A stretch of DNA of 51,980 nucleotides from Candidatus Gallacutalibacter pullistercoris (GTDB lineage: Bacteria > Bacillota > Clostridia > Oscillospirales > Acutalibacteraceae). Under the pieces are notes generated by a model. That model was not told where the DNA came from. It did no database searches and saw only the letters and a program-made list of their open reading frames with translations. Position numbers and translations under genes: made by a program. The stretch covers positions 1-51,980 of the forward strand of contig DVIY01000014.1 of the NCBI GenBank assembly GCA_018710915.1. Reading direction: 5' to 3'. This document shows, piece after piece, positions 46,981 through 51,980 of this stretch; position 1 is the first letter of the stretch; every line of letters begins with the position of its first letter.

Positions 46981-47778
46981 TTATGTTTCCTCCACATTCA
47001 CCACTGCCAACAGGGTTTCTGTACGAATTCCATCCTGCACACCGCTGCGGTATAACACAAAGCTTTCTTCCGTACAATCTCCCGGCTGATATTCTTCCTC
47101 CGTCACTTTTCCTCCCGAAATGGTTATGGTCATAATCCCTTCCGCTTCTTTATCCAGCGCAATCCGGGTTTCAGATGATTCCTGCTTTTCTGCATCAGAA
47201 GCTGTTGATGGTGAGCTCTCTGATTCCGCAGCCAGCGCACTGACAGATTCCCGTTTCAATAACAAGCCGTCTTCTCCAAAACGGTCACGGACATCCAACT
47301 GTACATCCGTTTCCCCTTTGGCTGCTTTTTTTTCGTCCGGGAACAGCGCAAAAACGGTTTTCCGGTTTTCCCAGAAAGCACCCAGCCGGGGAAACAGTCC
47401 TTCCAGTGCTTCTGCTCCTTCCGGCAAGTCCAATACAGCTTCTGTTTTCTCCATCCGGTAAGGCATCCGGCCATCCTGATTATAATAAATTGCATTCCAG
47501 GTCTGGCGCCGCCCGTTTTCTCCTGCGCCGGAAAGTGAAATGACAAACCGTTCTTCCTCCTGGTCACCCTCCGGGAAGGTAAAGGCCGTCGCATACAGGT
47601 TGTCCTGTGAGCCGGAGATGCTCTCCATTTTTTCCAGTACCTCTTGTGAAAACGGCGTCTCCGGGGTTGGAAGATTATAATTTCCCTGCATAAGCGCCAT
47701 AATCATGAATACAGTAAGAACAATCGCAACAATCAGCAGCACCTGCCATATCTTTACAGCTCTTCTTCTGATAAACAT
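46981..47778 (-). CDS. Hypothetical membrane-anchored protein (single N-terminal TM)
   Basis: ATG at 47778 follows AAGGAAG. TM segment IWQVLLIVAIVLTVFMIMALM. The acidic extracytoplasmic part has no recognisable motif. Its stop codon directly abuts the hflX ATG. Confidence 0.5.
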   Translation of the reverse strand: MFIRRRAVKIWQVLLIVAIVLTVFMIMALMQGNYNLPTPETPFSQEVLEKMESISGSQDNLYATAFTFPEGDQEEERFVISLSGAGENGRRQTWNAIYYNQDGRMPYRMEKTEAVLDLPEGAEALEGLFPRLGAFWENRKTVFALFPDEKKAAKGETDVQLDVRDRFGEDGLLLKRESVSALAAESESSPSTASDAEKQESSETRIALDKEAEGIMTITISGGKVTEEEYQPGDCTEESFVLYRSGVQDGIRTETLLAVVNVEET

Positions 47779-47913
47779 CGTTTCTCTTCCTTTCTTCACA
47801 CCCGGAACTCCTGTTGTATCAATATGAATCGCGAAGTATCCGTAAATATCTGCCATATTATAGCATACCCGGCTGTCTCACTGCAATCTTTCAACCTCTT
47901 CTCTCTCTGCCTC

Positions 47914-47942
47914 TTTTCTTATAAAGGGAACTATGATATAAT
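47914..47942 (+). promoter_or_regulatory. Candidate extended -10 promoter of the chrA pair
   Basis: TGATATAAT at 47934-47942 with a weak -35 (ttttct). Confidence 0.4.
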
Positions 47943-47956
47943 AAAGAATATTGTGC

Positions 47957-47986
47957 AAAGGACGCGGCCTGTATCTTGCGTCCTTT
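47957..47986. repeat. 9-bp-stem hairpin in the chrA 5' UTR. Its arms match the RayT-end palindrome.
   Basis: aaaggacgc-(12 nt)-gcgtccttt. It shares caaaggacgcg and gcgtcctt with 11626-11651. Confidence 0.7.
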
Positions 47987-48034
47987 CTTATTCCATTCAG
48001 CAGGATTTTATTTTTTAAGGAGGATACGGGAATC

Positions 48035-48577
48035 ATGAAAGAACTCTGGACAATGTTCCTCACGTTCTGCCGGATTGGTGGCCTGACTTTTGGCGGCGGC
48101 TATGCCATGTTGCCCATGCTGCAAAGGGAAGTCGTTGAAAAATACGGCTGGGCAACAGAGGAAGAACTGATGGACTACTATGCGGTTGGTCAATGTACGC
48201 CTGGCATTATTGCCGTTAATACCGCTACTTTCATCGGTTATAAAAGGAAAGGGATTACCGGTGCAATTGCGGCGACCGCAGGAGTCGTTTTTCCTTCGCT
48301 GGTAATTATCACCGTAATCGCAGCATTCCTGAGCAATATTCAGGACAACCTCTATGTCCAGCATGCCTTTGCAGGAATCCGGGTAGCTGTGTGCGCACTG
48401 GTGGGAGATACGGTTATCAAGCTGGCCAAAAAAAGCGTAAAGGGATGGATTGGGATTTGCCTGTTCCTGATTACTTTGATTATTATGGTGATTTGGAATC
48501 CCTCTCCCGTATGGTTTGTTCTGGCCGGTATTGTAGCTGGAATGTTGCTTGGAAAGGCAGGTGCCTGGAAGAAATGA
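48035..48577 (+). CDS. chrA: Chromate transporter (CHR family) half-size subunit
   Basis: MKELWTMFLTFCRIGGLTFGGGYAMLPMLQREVVEKYGW. ATG at 48035 follows AAGGAGG. Confidence 0.85.
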   Translation: MKELWTMFLTFCRIGGLTFGGGYAMLPMLQREVVEKYGWATEEELMDYYAVGQCTPGIIAVNTATFIGYKRKGITGAIAATAGVVFPSLVIITVIAAFLSNIQDNLYVQHAFAGIRVAVCALVGDTVIKLAKKSVKGWIGICLFLITLIIMVIWNPSPVWFVLAGIVAGMLLGKAGAWKK

Positions 48578-49137
48578 CACTTTTGCTTTTGTTCTATGAA
48601 TTTTTTAAGGCCGGGCTTTTTGCTGTAGGCGGCGGTCTGGCAACGCTTCCTTTCCTGTATGACATTGCTGCACGGTATGACTGGATGCCAATGGAAAAAA
48701 TGCCGGATATGATTGCAATTTCGGAATCTACGCCCGGCCCGTTGGGAATCAATATGGCTACCTATGCAGGGTATCAGGCTTATGGTGTACTGGGCGCTAT
48801 TGTTGCAACCGCAGCATTGGTTCTGCCCTCTTTGATTGTTATCATTATCATTGCAAATTTCCTGAAAAAATTCCAGGCAAATAAGCTGGTGCAGGATTCC
48901 TTTTCCGGTTTGCGTCCTATCGTAGCTGCACTGATTGCTGCGGCATGCTGGCAGGTCATGAAAATCACCCTGTTTTTCTTTGATGTTTATGCCGAGACGC
49001 AAAATTATCTCGATTTATTCAACTGGAAAACCCTGTTTTTCTTTGTGTTGATTTTGGTGCTTCTTCGCAAATTTAAACTGCATCCTTTCTTTTATATTGC
49101 AGGTGCTGCTGTGGCGGGCATTGTTTTTCAGATGTAA
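48574..49137 (+). CDS. chrA: Chromate transporter (CHR family) half-size subunit
   Basis: MTLLLLFYEFFKAGLFAVGGGLATLPFL. ATGA start/stop overlap with the preceding half. Confidence 0.85.
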   Translation: MTLLLLFYEFFKAGLFAVGGGLATLPFLYDIAARYDWMPMEKMPDMIAISESTPGPLGINMATYAGYQAYGVLGAIVATAALVLPSLIVIIIIANFLKKFQANKLVQDSFSGLRPIVAALIAAACWQVMKITLFFFDVYAETQNYLDLFNWKTLFFFVLILVLLRKFKLHPFFYIAGAAVAGIVFQM

Positions 49138-49144
49138 TCTTCCG

Positions 49145-49178
49145 GCCTCCTTTTCCTCTGGGAAAGGAGGCTTTTATT
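49145..49178 (+). terminator. Rho-independent terminator of the chrA pair
   Basis: gcctccttttcc tctg ggaaaggaggc ttttatt. Confidence 0.8.
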
Positions 49179-49357
49179 ATAATCCTCATCCAAATTTGGG
49201 ACAGTTTTTTGTATAATTGCCAAAAAACAAAAGAGGTCTGTTTTATTATTGCTTTTGAATTCAAACCTGCTATACTGAATACCGTTCGATTTTTTTCGGC
49301 TTGCTGCAATTTTGTGCAGAACAAAGCCCAGTTTTGTATTGAGAAAGGATCCTTACC

Positions 49358-50353
49358 ATGCATACTCTGACAAATCCCAACGCAACGGCAGAAGCCAAAG
49401 CCCTGATGGCCTTTTTGGAATCCATTGAGGGAAAATATATTCTCTCTGCCCAGCACACCAAAACCGTTGACCCGGCAGAACTGCGTGACATTCAGGCGCT
49501 GACCGGAAAACTGCCTGCAATGGCTGGCTTCGAACTGCTCGGTTATTCGCCGAACGTCAACTATGAAGATACCGACGAGGAAGCGGTTGCCGAAGTGATG
49601 GAAAACTGCAACACCATTGATACTGCAATTGAATGGGCAAAAAAAGGCGGAATCGTCACCTATACCTATCACTGGTTCTCTCCTCTGGGCGGCCGGAACA
49701 AGAGCTTTTATACTGATTATACCGATTTTGACCTGGAAAAGGCAATGGCCGGAAATTGCCCGGAATACACTGCTATCCTCCGCGACCTTGACCTGCTGGC
49801 CGACAATCTGAAGCGCCTGCGCGACCTGCATATCCCGGTGCTTTGGCGTCCGCTTCACGAGGCTGAGGGCGGCTGGTTCTGGTGGGGCGCCAGGGGTGCC
49901 GAGCCCTGCAAGAAGCTCTGGCGGCTGATGTATGACCGTTTCACCCGTTATCACCATCTCGATAACCTGATCTGGGTATGGAACTCTCCTGATCCCGATT
50001 GGTATCCGGGTGATGACTGCGTTGACCTGATTTCCCGCGACTTGTACCCCGAGGATGACACTGCATCCAAAAAAGAATTCGATGAACTGCTGGCTGTGAG
50101 CACGAACAAGATGCGTGCATGGGCCGAATGTGGTGTTCAGCCCAATGCTGACCGGATTTTTGAAGAGGGTGCCAACTGGCTTTGGACTATGAACTGGTGC
50201 TTTGGTGATGTACTTTCTGCTGATGCACCTGCCGAAGGCTCCACCGAGGCACAAAAAGAATGGTGGCATATGCTCAAGCCGAAACTGGAAGCACGTACCC
50301 GCGCATTTTACGCACATCCCAGGGTTTTGTGTTTGGGAGACTGCCATTTTTAA
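49358..50353 (+). CDS. Glycoside hydrolase family 26 (beta-mannanase-like), no signal peptide
   Basis: WRPLHEAEGGWFWWG (GH26 catalytic acid/base region), ...WVWN. 331 aa. Confidence 0.8.
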   Translation: MHTLTNPNATAEAKALMAFLESIEGKYILSAQHTKTVDPAELRDIQALTGKLPAMAGFELLGYSPNVNYEDTDEEAVAEVMENCNTIDTAIEWAKKGGIVTYTYHWFSPLGGRNKSFYTDYTDFDLEKAMAGNCPEYTAILRDLDLLADNLKRLRDLHIPVLWRPLHEAEGGWFWWGARGAEPCKKLWRLMYDRFTRYHHLDNLIWVWNSPDPDWYPGDDCVDLISRDLYPEDDTASKKEFDELLAVSTNKMRAWAECGVQPNADRIFEEGANWLWTMNWCFGDVLSADAPAEGSTEAQKEWWHMLKPKLEARTRAFYAHPRVLCLGDCHF

Positions 50354-50420
50354 TAAAAAAACTGTTATTTTTTCTTGTTTTCCCTTTAAAACCTGTTATA
50401 CTGAAACTGAATATTTCCAA

Positions 50421-50441
50421 TATACAATATAAGGTTGTATA
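50421..50441. promoter_or_regulatory. Inverted repeat upstream of uxaC (candidate operator)
   Basis: TATACAA-N7-TTGTATA, with a third TTGTAT 9 bp downstream. It lies 30-50 nt before the uxaC start. Confidence 0.4.
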
Positions 50442-50471
50442 TGGAGGATTTGTATTTGAAAACAGGAAAGG

Positions 50472-51884
50472 ATGACAAACAGGATGAAAGCATTTTTGGA
50501 CGAAGATTTTCTTTTACAGAATGAACCGGCAAAAAAGCTGTATCACAACTGGGCATCTTCCATGCCGATCGTGGACTATCACTGCCATATTGACCCGCGT
50601 GATATCGCAGAAGACCGCCGGTTTGAGAATATCACCCAGGTATGGCTGGGCGGCGACCACTACAAATGGCGGCTGATTCGCTCCAACGGCGTGCCGGAAG
50701 AGGAAATCACCGGCAATGCTCCTGACAGAGTGAAATTCCAGCGGTTTGCCGAGGCTTTGCCCCGGGCGATCGGCAATCCCCTGTACCACTGGACACATTT
50801 GGAATTAAAGCGCTATTTTGGTTATGACGGGGTGCTTAACGGCGACACTGCCGAAGAAGTATGGAACCTCTGCAATGCGAAATTGCAGGAACCGGATTTC
50901 AGCGCAAAAAATCTGATTCTGCGTTCTAACGTTGCCTATGTCGGCACAACAGATGATCCGGCTGATTCTCTGGTTTACCACAAAGCCATCCGGGAAAGTG
51001 GATTCACACCGCGTGTCAGCCCGTCCTGGCGGCCTGACCGTGCGATTAAAATTGAAAAGCCCGACTTCGCCGGCTATATTGCTTCGCTGGGCACCGCAGC
51101 CGGAATGGAAATTTCCACCTTTACCCAATTATTAGAAGCACTCTCCAATCGCCTGACATTCTTCCATGATGCCGGATGCCGCGCAAGCGACCACGGTTTG
51201 GAGGGAATCCCCTGCCGTCAGGCCGAAGGACAGGAAGTCGAGCGCATTTTCCAAAAGGCCATGAATCGCGAAATGGTCTCGCAGGAAGAAAAAGAAATCT
51301 ACCAGACAGCGCTTCTTCGGTTCCTGGGCGGGGAATATGCCCGCCGGGGCTGGGTGATGCAGATTCATTTCAGCGCTATGCGCAACCCCAACAGCCGTAT
51401 GTTTGCCGCTATCGGCCCCGACACCGGCTTTGACTGTGTGGATATCGACAGCTCTGCGCGCAAGCTGGGCGCTTTTCTCGATATGCTGGATCGGGAAAAT
51501 GCTCTTCCAAAAACAGTACTGTATTCACTGAATCCCTCTGATAATACTTTCCTGGGTTCTCTCATTGGCAGTTTCCAGGGAACAGAAGCCCGAGGCAAAG
51601 TGCAGCATGGCTGCGCCTGGTGGTTCAACGACACCAAAACCGGTATGGAAGCCCAGCTCACCAATCTGGCAAACCTCTCTATTTTGGGAAATTTCATCGG
51701 AATGCTCACCGACTCCCGCAGTTTGCTCTCTTATACCCGGCATGAATATTTCCGGCGTATCCTGTGCAACCTGATTGGTACCTGGGCAGAAAATGGTGAA
51801 ATTTTCTGGGACGAGAAATTCCTGGGGAATCTGGTACAGGACATCTGCTACCGCAACGCTGCAAAGTATTTCGGGCTGGAATAA
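50472..51884 (+). CDS. uxaC: Glucuronate isomerase
   Basis: MKAFLDEDFLLQNEPAKKLYHNWASSMPIVDYHCHIDPRDIAEDRRFENITQVWLGGDHYKWRLIRSNG. The start may be 50484. Confidence 0.93.
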   Translation: MTNRMKAFLDEDFLLQNEPAKKLYHNWASSMPIVDYHCHIDPRDIAEDRRFENITQVWLGGDHYKWRLIRSNGVPEEEITGNAPDRVKFQRFAEALPRAIGNPLYHWTHLELKRYFGYDGVLNGDTAEEVWNLCNAKLQEPDFSAKNLILRSNVAYVGTTDDPADSLVYHKAIRESGFTPRVSPSWRPDRAIKIEKPDFAGYIASLGTAAGMEISTFTQLLEALSNRLTFFHDAGCRASDHGLEGIPCRQAEGQEVERIFQKAMNREMVSQEEKEIYQTALLRFLGGEYARRGWVMQIHFSAMRNPNSRMFAAIGPDTGFDCVDIDSSARKLGAFLDMLDRENALPKTVLYSLNPSDNTFLGSLIGSFQGTEARGKVQHGCAWWFNDTKTGMEAQLTNLANLSILGNFIGMLTDSRSLLSYTRHEYFRRILCNLIGTWAENGEIFWDEKFLGNLVQDICYRNAAKYFGLE

Positions 51885-51930
51885 GTTTTCAACAAATTTG
51901 CAAAGTTGGTGGAAAAGGGAGAAGTTGTCC

Positions 51931-51980
51931 ATGAAAATCTGGAAAAAAAGATTACTGGTATACTGGCAATTTTATCTCTA
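51931..51980 (+). CDS. 5' end of an unidentified ORF (N-terminus MKIWKKRLLVYWQFYL...), truncated by the window end
   Basis: ATG at 51931 lies 8 nt after GGGAGAAG. Only 16 codons are visible. Confidence 0.3.
   Translation, partial: MKIWKKRLLVYWQFYL

Noticed and set aside
49073-50347. 424-aa minus-strand ORF opposite the GH26 gene
   Set aside because: The plus-strand frame carries the GH26 signature HEAEGGWFWWG and a proper RBS. The minus-strand product has no recognisable features.

Overview
This looks like chromosomal core sequence from a moderately GC-rich Firmicutes/Clostridia genome. The proteins look Oscillospiraceae/Ruminococcaceae-like, but that taxon call is inference only. There are about 70 genes, mostly on the minus strand.

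The dominant block is a complete, canonically ordered S10-spc-alpha ribosomal cluster at 26136-41681 (minus). It runs rpsJ-rplCDWB-rpsS-rplV-rpsC-rplP-rpmC-rpsQ-rplNXE-rpsZ-rpsH-rplFR-rpsE-rpmD-rplO-secY-adk-map-KOW-infA-rpmJ-rpsMKD-rpoA-rplQ. rpmJ is absent from the ORF track and was found by hand.

Other housekeeping genes:
- Partial clpE, a CDP-alcohol phosphatidyltransferase, cvpA and truA.
- The ECF energizing module ecfA1-ecfA2-ecfT.
- An rRNA-type SAM methyltransferase, glmM and an HD hydrolase.
- ruvCAB, tcdA, a solitary ypeB and fba.
- An ABC-F ATPase and a split ThrE-type exporter.
- A COG4586-type ABC-2 transporter, hflX, split chrA, a GH26 mannanase and uxaC.

No defence island, prophage, rRNA/tRNA gene or callable CRISPR array is visible.

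Items worth a second look:
1. A gene-free 445-bp locus at 16586-17029. It holds a palindrome, two perfect 20-bp tandem repeats, a good promoter, a roughly 165-nt ORF-less structured transcript with a CRISPR-repeat-like hairpin, and a terminator.
2. A panT-coaX-coaX' cluster in which one type III pantothenate kinase paralog has lost the Arg of the G-x-D-R motif. An overlapping HhH-GPD-like gene and a nearby CN-hydrolase follow it.
3. A hairpin-dense 350-bp leader upstream of ecfA1, including a 90-nt three-way-junction fold.
4. A truncated RayT/IS200-like HUH transposase remnant that ends inside a perfect palindrome.
5. A 72-bp long inverted repeat between thrE and panT.
6. A roughly 335-nt S10-operon leader carrying two terminator-like attenuator hairpins.

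All functional interpretations of the non-coding elements are inference from sequence inspection. No searches or folding programs were run.
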